From: Zygnema circumcarinatum SAG 698-1b
Lineage: Eukaryota > Plantae > Zygnematophyceae
Direction: 5' to 3'
Assembly: GCA_037447605.1 (NCBI GenBank)
Contig: CM074812.1
Location: 248,001 to 312,000 of the forward strand
DNA length: 64,000 nt
Within the stretch, counting starts at the first letter, position 1. Every line of letters starts with the position of its first letter. Positions 1 to 12,424 of the stretch are shown piece by piece. The notes beneath the pieces were generated by a model. It had not been told where the DNA came from. It did not search any database and saw only the letters and a program-made list of their open reading frames with translations. Position numbers and translations under genes: made by a program.

Positions 1-1519
1 TTATGACAGCAGAGCCGACAAAATGCTGACGCGTAGGGCAGAAGATTGAACCGAGCTTCGGTCTGCCCGTGAAAAACGGAGAGTCAAAAATGTTATATCA
101 CGTGGAACAAAATTTTGGATTCTTCGCAGGAAAACAACAGAAGTAATTTCTTTTTAATCATCTGAGAAGTCTGCTGAATTAGAAAGTGGGACTGAAAATT
201 TCCCACCGCAAAAAAACCATTTCCAAAACGAAAAATGTTTTCGGGCACAGCTACAAAATAAAATTATGAAAATTCTCGAATCAGAACTTGCGATTCCTAA
301 AAAGATTTAGTTACGAATCCGCTCTCTCGCCATGCGCTAAGTGACAAACAAACTTTAACGAGCCCTCCGGGTCCGCCGGCAGCCACGCAGCAGCTCGCGC
401 ACTGACGCCGTGGAATATTCTGTCGGCAGAAAACGACAAACTTTGCTTCCTACGTTTCGACTCCGCCGACTACCACGTCACCCCTTTGGACGGCGAAAAT
501 TTGTCACGAGCTCGGACGCCACGTGGACAACTTCCGTGGCTCGAATGTGCCACGTGGTATATCGACAACCACTGAGCGCTGACGTGTCGAGTGGAGCACT
601 GAGGATAATACGCTTGCGACAGATTATCGAGGTGGCACGTTAATGTGGCGCATCCTCCAATTTCTTGCCATGTGCGAATCCGACCGCTGATTGGTTGGAG
701 CCAGGCCACAGACCACGAATCCTGACACGATATTCCGCAATTCGCGGGCATTCATGTGTCAACATTGGGATCGAATCTCGTCCGGAAAGATTTCGATTTC
801 CGGGGAACGATCGACATCCGTACGAGGGACAAACGGAGGGAAATGGCAGCGTTGGGGGAAAGAGCGACTTTTGGAGGAGGGTGGTGTTGGAGACCTTTGG
901 GTGGGGGAGTGGGTCTTGGAGGGAGATAGGTGCAGACAGGGAGAGGGAGGGAGAGGAAGAGGAGAGGGGAGGTAGAGGAGAATAAGTAGAGAAGAAGGAG
1001 AGGGGAGAGGAGGAAAAGACGGAAGGATAGAAGAGAGGAGGGATGAGGAGCGGAGAGGGAGGCGAGGAGGGAGAGGAATGAGTAAGAGAGAGTCAGGCGA
1101 ACACGCAAGGAAGGAGAGACGAGGAACAAAGGGAGAGGGATAAGGAGAGGGAAAGAAAGGAAGAGGGTGAATTCTGCGAGCTCAAAACGCAAACATATGA
1201 TAGTACAAGTATACGGAGAGGATATACTTGATAGTGGCAGACCCACACTCTCCTGGGTCGCTCTGCGCCGTCACGCTCCCTCGCAGTTGTGCTTTCAGTC
1301 CGCGCCTCCTTCCACCTGCAAGAACGTCGGCCACATCTCACGCCCTGCTCACACATGTGAACGCTAAAAACCATCACTCAGTTCCACCCCAAAATTTGGC
1401 TCCCAACTAACGGAGCTATTAACCGGTGAGCCGAGGACACGTGGAAGTGTGGATGACTGATCAGCTGCAGTCGGCGCCATGGACCCGCGAGACAGTGATC
1501 CACAGGTCAAACCAACGAT

Positions 1520-1900
1520 TCGATCAACCATTGGAATGGGTGCGGACCATTGACTCGCGATCTAGCCAACCATTGCAAATGGTCGGAACCACTGGATTCA
1601 TCAATCATTGCGTCCAATGGTTGCGAACCATTAGACGGCCGACAATTGGCCATCCAATGATTGTCCAATGGTGGCCAGCCATTCCAATAATTGCGAACCA
1701 TTGGACGGCCGACCATTGCAATGGCTATCCAATGGTTGCCAGACATTCCAATGGTTGCGAACAATTGGACGGCCGACCATAGCCATCCAATGGTTGTTCA
1801 ATGGTTGCTAGCCATTCAATGGTTGCGAGCCACTGACCGGCCAACCATTGCTATCCTATGGTTGGCCCCAATGGCTGGCAATCCCATCCATCGTCCGACC
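1520..1900. repeat. Degenerate tandem array of ~64-70 bp units rich in CAATGG/CCATTG, each with a hairpin (consensus TCCAATGGTT-GCG-AACCATTGGA)
   Basis: Hairpin cores at 1613-1635, 1683-1705, 1747-1769 and 1816-1836, each followed by (C)GGCC(G/A)AC(C/A)AT; weaker copies near 1527 and 1568. Confidence 0.85.
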
Positions 1901-3339
1901 TGTGCAGAGTTTCCATAGACAGCTTCTTTCTTTGGTCAGGTCCTTCGTTCCTTCGTCAGTAGTTCCTCGTGGTTCCCCATGTTGTTGTTGGAGAGCGGAA
2001 CTTGTTTTGTCGAGATGTGCAGCACATGCTCCCGTGGCCCAATACGGAACGGCGTGGAACATATTCAGTTTCCGATCGTTGCACGTTCAACACGGAACAG
2101 TCGGGTTCCGTTAAAATGGGGTTTGCGATATCCGATACGGAATCATGAATATCGGCATGCCACATATCGATCGTATCGGAATTCCGTCCGTACAGAATTA
2201 GCGCCTGCCAGCCAATCGCAGCCTTCGGCCGCCAACTCGCCGGCTGACTGCTGGCGCCGGCCTGTTTCTGCCGGCCAGATCCAAACCGCCGGCCGGCAAA
2301 ATGGTCTTCCGCCGTCGACCTCTGCGGGAGGACCAGCGGACCAACCCTTGGACCACCCGTTGGCAGTGTTCCCTGGAGCGAGTGAATACTCGCCACAGTT
2401 TTTCGATTTTCCGATACTGACGATTTTTCCTCAATATTAGGGCCAACTTTTTAGTCCGACACAGCTATCCTTTGCAGCGAGTGCGATCGAGCCACGTGGA
2501 CAATCCAAAAGCCATGAAGCGCTGTTCAGCCACATTGTACCCCCTCGACCAATTGGTTCATTTCGAGCGAAGCGTTCGCCCTGACTTGGCCCTCCCTCGT
2601 GGACAGTGCTCGCCGCATTTTTGGGGATGTTGTGTTGTTGGCCGATTCGACAGGTCGCGATTTATTGTTGCGTGCAGTACGCCATGAAGGCGGGGCCCCA
2701 TGAAGGCGATGCGGCCCTAGCAAGGAGCGCGCACATGCCCACCGTGACGTGATGCGGCCGACGAGTTTTATCCTATGGCTGTTGAGATTTTTGGGTGCCT
2801 CGACGCCCGTTTGGATGCATGCCTTCCTCCGTCAGTGAGTGAGTGAGTGCGTGCGTGCGCCCATCGCTTCTTCGAGATGCGCCCACGGCCCCGGAAGGAA
2901 GCCTTCCCCCCTCCTCCTCCGGCGATTGATCCTCGCGACTTTTTATCGACAGCACATTTCCGTCGCCCTTCAGCGGTGCCCTCTACGCTTCTTCGCTGCT
3001 TCGTCGTGAAGCCGCGGTTGTTGGTGGCCGTGAGTGGCGGTGACCTTCCGCCGCTCCCCTCCCTCCCTCCGCGCGATGTGACCTTCGCGGCTGCTTCGAG
3101 GGAGGGCTGCGTTGTTGCGCCTAGGCGTCGCTTTCCGCTCCCCGTTTTTTTCTTTTGTCCTTAGGTCCTATGCGCCCAGTTGTTCCTCGTGGTTCCCCAT
3201 GTTGTTGACTTTGTCCATGTCCATGTGATGGCCTCATCGCCATCACGAGGTCAATGCCCCATCCCCATCCCCGTCGTTATTGCCGTCTAGCGACCCGCCG
3301 TCAACCTTCAAGGCCGAGACCAAAACATGCGCTCATCGG

Positions 3340-3420
3340 AGTCGGCCACGTGTGGGTGCCTTAAAGGCCGCGGGACCCGCCCGCCGCCGCGGCCAATGGG
3401 CGCAGAGCTGACGTCACTCA
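3340..3420 (+). promoter_or_regulatory. Putative proximal promoter motifs of the LRR gene (G-box, CCAAT, TGACGTCA)
   Basis: GCCACGTG near 3345, GGCCAATGG near 3391 and TGACGTCA at 3409-3416, 270-340 nt upstream of the ATG at 3684. Motif match only. Confidence 0.3.
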
Positions 3421-4237
3421 CATGGGGCCGTCCCACGGGGACCTGTCATATGGTTGTTATGTAGTGCCTGTGGATGTACGAACACTCTGTACGGACTGTC
3501 CGGCATCAGCGAGCGGACGACTTGCGCCGCCGCCAGGACAGGGATGGCCAGTGATAACGTCAGTATTTGTACATGATGACGACCGCTCCAGGACTGTCCT
3601 CGAGCGGACCATTCCTGCGGGGGCTACGAAACGGTTGAGGGCGCGGCACGTGGCCGGCAGCCGGAAGAAGGAAGCCGGCAGCCATGGCGGAGGGCTGGGC
3701 AGCAGCAGGAGGAGGAGGAGGACGAAGGCCCGCGCGCTCTCTCCCTCCCTTGCTGCGCACGCTCCTCGCGCTGCTCCTCGCCGCCGCCGCCGCGCGGCGA
3801 GCCGGCGCTGTGACCTACTGGAACATCGCCAAAGCCGACAGTGAGGCGCCGCGCCCTGCCCTGCCCCGCGCGCCCTCTGCGGCCTCTCTGGAAGGGGAGA
3901 AGCAGAATTCCTTCCCTTTCTCCTTGTTCATTTTGAAGCTGAGCTCGGCCCCAATCCTACATGTGCTCGCGTTTGGGCGCAGGGGATGCTCTTCTCGCTG
4001 TCAAAGCGGCATTCAAAGACGTGTCAGGTCTCACTGTTGGGTACAATAGGGGTATAGCCTAGAATTGTACGCTGTACGGTCCTTAGCCTTTTGTCGGCTG
4101 TCCTTGGGAGATTTGGTCACAGTCTGAACAGGGCGCTAGGGCGCTGTTCTTAGTGGGAACACGAGAAGTCTGAGTAGGACACGTGGAGGGCGGCGATAGG
4201 CCGCGCNNNNNNNNNNGGAGGAGTCCCTCCACCAACA

Positions 4238-7165
4238 AGTGGTATCAGAGCTCATGGAGACTCGGAGGACCATGTCAAGTTCAGCATTCCGGCCTTTGAT
4301 GGGCAGGATTACAAGGCGTGGAGATGGAGGTTGGTTCCCTTGCTTGTAGGCAAAGGGTTGCTTGGGTATGTTGATGGCAGCATCAAGGCGCCGGAGTTAC
4401 CGGTTGGAGCCTCAGCGGAGCAGCAGTCGGAGCACGACGTGGCGCTCGCGCGATGGAGAGCCAAGGACAACAAGGCCCTGACGCAGATTGTAATGAGCGT
4501 AAGAGGAAGTCCGTCCTCTATGCTTTATGATCTGAAGACCTCTCATGCCATGTGGAGATGCTTAGAGGAAATGTATGATGTAAAAGACAATGTGACGATC
4601 GTCAGTCTTTACACGCAGCTAGGCAAGATGAAGATGACTTCAGATGAGAAACTAGAAGCTTATATGGTCAGGTTTGATGCTCTGATGGAGAGGTTCATAG
4701 CCCTTGGGAAACCATTAGAGGCAGACCATAAGATAAGCCAGTTTCTAGGGTTTTTGACCAGTAGATTCGATGTGGCAGTGGCGGCTTTGAGGACAGTCCT
4801 GACTAATACCACGATGACTCTTGAGCAAGTCAAGCGTAGGATAAAGGAGGAGGACTCCATTCAGTATGTCGGCAGCCCTGAGGAGAAAGTGCTTGCGTTG
4901 CACACTCGACCGAATCGAAGAGGAGGCACCCCGAAGTCAGCCCGAGGACAATGCTCGGCAATTACGTGTTATACGTGTGGCAAGATCGGCCACTACTCCA
5001 GCGATTGCTTCAAGAACAGAGGCAACCAAGAGAAAGGAGGAAACACGACTTCATCCGGCAAGAAGGAGAATAAGGCGTTTAGTGGCACTTGCTTCAAATG
5101 CAAGAAGAGAGGCCACAGGAGTTCAGACNNNNNNNNNNCTAAAGCAGAATTTCATGTCTGTTAGCCAAGTGTGTAAGAAAGGATACAGTATTCTGTTTGA
5201 GGAGAAGTCATGCGTGGCCATCCATACAGAAACTGGGAGACAGTTGTTTAAGGGTTATGAGAGAGGAGGGCTGTATTATCTTGATTACAAGAGGGAGAAT
5301 TATGAGCATGCCAATGCAATCTCAGAGAATGCCGTAGATGTATGGCATAGAAGAATTGGTCACTTACACCATAGAGGGATGCAGCAGTTGGCTGAGAAGG
5401 GGTTAGTCCGTGGGCTAGACCCCGGGTGTAGTGGAGAAGGAGCTTGGGTTGTGCCAGGAGTGTGTGGAGGGCAAGGCGCACAAGAGACCATTCGTGAGGA
5501 GTGGAGACGAGTCCTATCGAGCGCAAGAGAAGTTGGAATTGGTACATTCTGACTTGTGTGGCCCAATTACACCGGCGACCAACGGTGGAGCACGTTACTT
5601 CGTCACGTTCCTCAACGATTACTCGAGGAAGATTTGGATTACGCTCCTCAAGAACAAGTCAGAGGCTTTCAGAGCCTTTCGAGATTGGCTAAACCAGGCG
5701 GAGACAGAATCACGAGAAAAGCTGAAAGCTTTGCGCTCAGACAATGGCGGCGAATTCAAATCAAAGGAGTTTGCAGAGTTCCTGAAGAACTGCGGTATAA
5801 GGCATGAATTCTCTGCCCCCTATTCCCCTCAGAGCAATGGAGCAGCTGAGCGAGTGAACAGGACATTGGGGGACATGGCTCGGACCATGTTGATTGATTC
5901 CCCCTTTCCAGCTTCTTTTTGGGGAGAAGCGGTTTCTACTGCTGCGTACATTAGAAACAGATGTCCGTCTTCTGTTCTGAAAGACTAGGTCCTTGAGCAG
6001 ATNNNNNNNNNNTGGTCCCAGGAAAGGAACACCTAGTCTGTCGACTAGTGAAGAGCCTATATGGTTTGAAGCAGGCGCCCAGAGTGTGGTACGAGAAGAT
6101 AGATGATCTTCTGAGGAGGAATGGTTTCAACCGATTCGAAACAGATCATTCCGTGTACCGTCAAGGAGAGGGGGCGGACATCATGTTCGTCGGGATCTAC
6201 GTTGATGATCTCATAATGGTGAGCCTCTTGCTTGAAAGAATCAGTTCCTTGAAAGAGTTGCTTCAAGCAAATTTCAAGATGTCAGATTTGGGGGAGGCGC
6301 AGTATCTGCTTGGGATGCAGCTGAAGAGGGGGCAGGATGGCAGCTTATTCTTGTGTTAGAAGAAGTATGCATCGGATGTTCTTGCCCGGTTCCACATGGA
6401 AGATTCTAGGCCATGCTCCAGCTCGATGGAGATAGGCGCTAGATTGTCGAAGGAGATGTCACCTTCGAGTGCAGCAGAGGCACAGAAGATGTTCGGAGTG
6501 CCTTACAGGTCTGCAATTGGGAGTCTGATGTACCTGATGATTGGAACGCGTCCGGACCTGGCGAAAGCAGTGAGCTCGGCCAGCCGATTCATGGAGAATC
6601 CGGGCCTCGAGCATTGGGAGGCCGTGAAGAGGATATTCAGATATGTGAGAGGGACGCTTGATTATGGGATCAGGTATGAGAGGGGGCCAACCAGAGTGAT
6701 TGGCTATACAGACTCAGATTGGGGCGGTGATGTAGATACATCGCGCTCGACTTCAGGTTTCATTTAATTGCATGGAGGTGGAGCGACAGGAGCCCAAGTT
6801 GCGCAGGACTCGCAGCGCGATCGAAAGTACGCAGGGCGCAGTACATGGGTGCCGTTATGCCGCGAAAGGAGGGCGGTGGTTTCAAAGAAATTCTTGATGA
6901 ATGCAAGAGAGAACAACGCCCGATTACCTTGTTCACCGATAATCAATCATCGATTGCCCTGGTGGGAAACCCGGTGTTTCACAAGCGGACCAAGCACATC
7001 AGAGTGCAGTACCATTATGTACGGGAGTTGGTCGAGGAGGGTTTGATCGATGTGAAGTTCGTAGGCACGAAGGAGCAAGCCGCCGATATGCTGACGAAAG
7101 GAGTTAGCGGAGAAACCCTGCTGGTGAATGGCAGGTTGGTTGGGCTGGGGCCCATGCAAAACTAA
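4238..7165 (+). pseudogene. Copia A internal copy 1: gag, integrase, RT/RNaseH fragments (two N gaps, in-frame stops)
   Basis: ORFs 4331-5164 (gag with two CCHC knuckles), 5431-5988 (integrase VHSDLCGP...RSDNGGEF...ERVNRTL), 6048-6767 (RT, YVDD) and 6845-7165 (RNaseH). TAG at 5986 and 6357 where copy 2 has CAG. Confidence 0.85.
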
Positions 7166-8100
7166 AGTCCCAAAGAGGGGGATTGTTAGTGTATAGTAGT
7201 TAGTCACTAGACAAGTTGTTGTTGGGACATTAGTTTTGTGTGCGTGTGTTGTGTGTGGCCCTTGGCGGGCGATAGCGCTTAGACCGACGTGGGCGTATGC
7301 ATGACTTTGTCGGTGGAGAGAGCGGCTGAGCCATTGAATTGACGCAGGCGCTGACACGCGACGATCTTCGGGCCGTGACGCGGGCGACGCTGACGCGAGC
7401 TTAATCGAAGATGTGACACGACGCCAAACTGCGCGCGACCGAACCGACGCGCCAAGGCCGCCTCGGATTGGCCGGGATTTGGACTTGGCGCCGGCGAAGG
7501 CCGATTGTCGGGCGCCAGCGATTCAGAATTGTACGGAGCCAAGGCCGAATTGTCGGTGGGCGGAGCATCCACGCCGGTGATCGACGCTGCCATCTATCTT
7601 GAGGCAAGGTCGTATCCACGGGCGCAAGACGCGGATTGAATCCAAGGTTGAGTCGGATCCGACTAAGCAAAATGCTGGATCCGTGTGAGTCTACGAGGAT
7701 CCGACGGCGCAGGATTAGGATCGGGATAAGGCCCTTGCAGGCCGCTAGTCGATGTTGTGAAGCTTCGTAGCATGTTGTTGTCACGTGTGTAGTGACATAG
7801 TATTTAAGGATTGTTTTTGTTGTAGGCAAACAATTCATTCAGGCTGTTGTAGTCTCTGTTATGCTGTTCGCTCGTGTTGCGACACTACACTTACTCGTGC
7901 TGTGAGGTAGTGAGCTGTGAGATTGCTGAGCGGTCGATTTGAGAGGGGGTCTCTCAATGTATGAGTGAATTCACTATTAAGGAGTTTTAGAGCCAGGAGC
8001 TTTCTCCTATTCATTTCTCTCTGTTATTCCGCTGTGCATTATTTGCTGTGATTCACTCTGTGAGTAAAATGGGCTATGAGTGAATGTGAGAGATTTGAAG

Positions 8101-11100
8101 ATGTCATCGTCGATTGGAACGCGAACTCCGATGGAGGGTGACCCGAATGGAGGAACGGACGGTAGCAGTGGAGGAGTCCCTCCACCAACAAGTGGTATCA
8201 GAGCTCATGGAGACTCGGAGGACCACGTCAAGTTCAGCATTCCGGCCTTTGATGGGCAGGATTACAAGGCGTGGAGATGGAGGTTGGTTCCCTTGCTTGT
8301 AGGCAAGGGGTTGCTTGGGTATGTTGATGGCAGCATCAAGGCGCCGGAGTTACCGGTTGGAGCCTCAGCGGAGCAGCAGTCGGAGCACGACGTGGCGCTC
8401 GCACGATGGAAAGCCAAGGACAACAAGGCCCTGACGCAGATTGTAATGAGCGTAAGAGGAAGTCCGTCCTCTATGCTTTATGATCTGAAGACCTCTCATG
8501 CCATGTGGAGATGCCTAGAGGAAATGTATGATGTAAAAGACAATGTGACGATCGTCAGTCTTTACACGCAGCTAGGCAAGATGAAGATGACTTCAGATGA
8601 GAAACTAGAAGCTTATATGGTCAGGTTTGATGCTCTGATGGAGAGGTTCATAGCCCTTGGGAAACCATTAGAGGCAGACCATAAGATAAGCCAGTTTCTA
8701 GGGGGTTTGACCAGTAGATTCGATGTGGCAGTGGCGGCTTTGAGGACAGTCCTGACTAATACCACGATGACTCTTGAGCAAGTCAAGCGTAGGATAAAGG
8801 AGGAGGACTCCATTCAGGATGTCGGCAGCCCTGAGGAGAAAGTGCTTGCGTTGCACACTCGACCGAATCGAAGAGGAGGCGCCCCGAAGTCAGCCCGAGG
8901 AGAACGCTCGGCGATTACGTGTTATACGTGTGGCAAGATCGGCCACTACTCCAGCGATTGCTTCAAGAACAGAGGCAGCCAAGAGAAGGGAGGAAACGCG
9001 ACTTCATCCGGCAAGAAGGAGAAGAAGGCGTTCAGTGGCACTTGCTTCAAATGCAAGAAGAGAGGCCACAGGAGTTCAGACTGCAAGGTAGCAGTTGAGA
9101 ACAACCTCATGCTGGCGGAGAATACTGAGAATGCGTTTGTGGGAAGGATTCAGGTAGAGGATCCGAAGCGGCCGTGGCTGATTGATTCCGGCGCTTCTAC
9201 GCATATGTGCGGAGATACATCGATGTTCTCCAAGCTCGACGACTTGAGAAGACACGCCAAATTATTCAAAGAACCGCGTGAAGGAGAGTCAACAGACGAG
9301 AGGTGGAGCCGTGGAGGATGATACTCTGAGACGGCTCACCATCAATGAAGAAGACATACAAGAGAAGTTGTCACTGGTGACGCTCTTCACACCCCCCAGC
9401 CAAAGCACTTCATGTCCAGCACCAAGTAAGAAAGGATACAGTGGTTCTCGCTTGAGGAGAAGTCATGCGTGGCCATCCATACAGAAACTGGGAGACAGCT
9501 GTTTAGGGGTTATGAGAGAGGAGGGCTGTATTATCTTGATTATAAGAGGGAGAATTATGAGCATGCCAATGCAATCTCAGAGAATGCCGTAGATGTATGG
9601 CATAGAAGACTTGGTCACTTACACCATAGAGGAATGCAGCAGTTGGCTGCGAAGGGGTTAGTCTGTGGGCTAGACCCGGGTGTAGTGGAGAAGGAGCTTG
9701 GGTTGTGCCAGGAGTGTGTGGAGGGCAAGGCGCACAGGAGACCATTCGTGAGGAGTGGAGACGAGTCCTATCGAGCGCGAGAGAAGTTGGAATTGGTACA
9801 TTCTGACTTGTGTGGCCCAGTTACACCGGCGACCAACGGCGGAGCACGTTACTTCGTCACGTTCCTCGACGATTACTCGAGGAAGATTTGGATTACGCTC
9901 CTCAAGAACAAGTCAGAGGCTTTCGGAGCCTTTCGAGATTGGCCGAACTGTGCGGAGACGTAATTAGACGTAAGCCGGCGGCTTTACGCCAGACAATGGC
10001 GCGAATTCAAATCGGCTGAGTTCGCAGAGTTCCCCGGCGAACCGCGCGTATAAGGTATGAATTTCTCCGCCTCTATTCCCTCGTAGGCAATGGAGCAGCT
10101 GAGCCGAAAGTGAATCGGATTAGATTGGGGACATGGCTCGACCATGTTGATTGATTCCCCCTTTCCAGCTTCCTTTTGGGGAGAAGCGGTTTCTACTGTT
10201 GCGTACATTAGAAACAGATGTCCGTCTTCTGTTTTGAAAGACCAGGTCCCCGAGCAAATGTGGAGTGGGAGGAAGCCCACAGTTTCCCACCTGAGGACCT
10301 TTGGCGCGCGATGCTGGGCTGCACTGCCCAAGGCGCGACAGAAGAAGAAGTTTGACCCCCGAGCGGTGGAGGGTTATGTTCTCGGCTATAACACCAACAG
10401 CCGCACGTACAGGGTGTGGAACCCTCGACTGCAGGAGGTCCTGAGCACGAGGGACATTACAGTTGATGAGGGAAGTGCTGTTGAACGTGTTGCAGACTCT
10501 CAGATCTTTCCTCCAGCGAAAGCGGATTTCGAGATCGTGTATGAGGAGGGAGAGACGAGTGGAGAGCGTGGCGTCGTACCTGCGCAGATGCCAAAGACAT
10601 CACAAGAGCCGCCAGCTGGCGCTGGCCAGCCCTCAAGCATGGGAGAGTCGCGCTTAGGATGCGATGCGAGGAGCTCTTAACCCTACCTGAGATCTATTCC
10701 AGAAAGTGCACACCTGGAGCGTAGGAAGAGGAGAACTCCGTGGAGACGGTGCCGCTGCACACGCAAGAGTCAGAGGACCTTGAAGCGGCCGAGAGAGAGG
10801 CTATGTTAGCTAACATGCCTCCAGGTTTTGTACCCGGACTCTACTTCTATCCGAGAGGACGAAGCGCGAAGGAGATTCGGAAGAGCAGTCGGGACAGGAG
10901 GCGACCAGATCGGTACTCGCCTGAGAACAACCTCATCCAAGAAAGAGTGCCTTCAGATTCAGCTGACCTCGTGGGAGTTGCCCATTGCTTTATGATCACG
11001 GAACCACAGACCTTTGAGGAAGCACACGACGGAGTCGATGGCGACAAATGGCGGGTGGCGATCGATAGCGAGTGGGACAGCTTGATAGAGAACGGCACGT

Positions 11101-12424
11101 GGAGGTTGGAGGAGCTGCCTCAAGGGAGGCGAGCTATTGGCTGCAAATGGGTCTTCAAAGTCAAGAGGAAGGCAGACGGAAGCGTGGACAGATACAAGGC
11201 GCGGCTAGTGGCGAAGGGATACGCCCAGAAGTATGGAGTTGACTACGTGGAGACTTTCGCTCCCGTGGTAAAGTTCAACTCCTTAAGAGCCTTGATTTCC
11301 ATNNNNNNNNNNGCCTATATGGTTTGAAGCAGGCGCCCAGAGTGTGGTACGAGAAGATAGATGATCTTCTGAGGAGGAATGGTTTCGACCGATTCGAAAC
11401 AGATCATTCCGTGTACCGTCAAGGAGAGGGGGCGGACATCATGTTCGTCGGGATCTACGTTGATGATCTCATAATGGTGAGCCTCTCGCTTGAAAGAATC
11501 AGTTCCTTGAAAGAGTTGCTTCAAGCAAATTTCAAGATGTCAGATTTGGGTGAGGCGCAGTATCTGCTTGGGATGCAGCTGAAGAGGGGGCAAGATGGCA
11601 GCTTATTCTTGTGTCAGAAGAAGTATGCATCAGATGTTCTTGCCCGGTTCCACATGGAAGATTCTAGGCCGTGCTCCAGCCCGATGGAGATAGGCGCTAG
11701 ATTGTCGAAGGAGATGTCACCTTCGAGTGCAGCAGAGGCACAGAAGATGTTCGGTGTGCCTTACAGGTCTGCAATTGGGAGTCTGATGTACCTGATGATT
11801 GGAACGCGTCCGGATCTGGCGAAAGCAGTGAGCTCGGCCAGCCGATTCATGGAGAATCCGGGCCTCGAGCATTGGGAGGCCGTGAAGAGGATATTCAGAT
11901 ATGTGAGAGGGACGCTTGATTATGGGATCAGGTATGAGAGGGGGCCAACCAGAGTGATTGGCTATACAGACTCAGATTGGGGCGGTGATGTAGATACATC
12001 GCGCTCGACTTCAGGTTTCATTTACCTGTATGGAGGTGGAGCGATTTCGTGGAGCTCCAAGTTGCAGGACTCGGTAGCGTTATCGAGTACAGAGGGCGAG
12101 TACATGGGTGCTTGTCATGCTGCAAAGGAGGGCGTGTGGTTTCAGCAGTTCTTTGATGAATGCAAGAGAGAACAACGCCCGATTACCTTGTTCACCGATA
12201 ATCAATCATCGATTGCCCTGGTGGGAAACCCGGTGTTTCACAAGCGGACCAAGCACATCAGAGTGCAGTACCATTATGTACGGGAGTTGGTCGAGGAGGG
12301 TTTGATCGATGTGAAGTTCGTAGGTACGAAGGAGCAAGCCGCCGATATGCTGACGAAAGGAGTTAGCGGAGAAACCCTGCTGGTGAATGGCAGGTTGGTT
12401 GGGCTGGGGCCCATGCAAAACTAA
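8101..12424 (+). CDS. Copia A internal copy 2 gag-pol polyprotein (frame broken in noisy or gapped segments)
   Basis: Gag with CYTCGKIGHYSSDC and CFKCKKRGHRSSDC; protease WLIDSGASTHMC; GAG-pre-integrase WHRRLGH; integrase 9780-10330; RT from ~11000 (CKWVFKVK...YKARLVAKGY, YVDD); RNaseH YTDSDW...KHI ending at 12424. Confidence 0.88.

Noticed and set aside
665-1377. ORFs over the GA-rich tract at 940-1165
   Set aside because: Low-complexity translations with no domain and no supportable exon chain.
1520-1900. CRISPR-like array (regular palindromic repeats)
   Set aside because: Eukaryotic context, linkers are repetitive rather than unique spacers, repeats are degenerate, and no cas genes are present.
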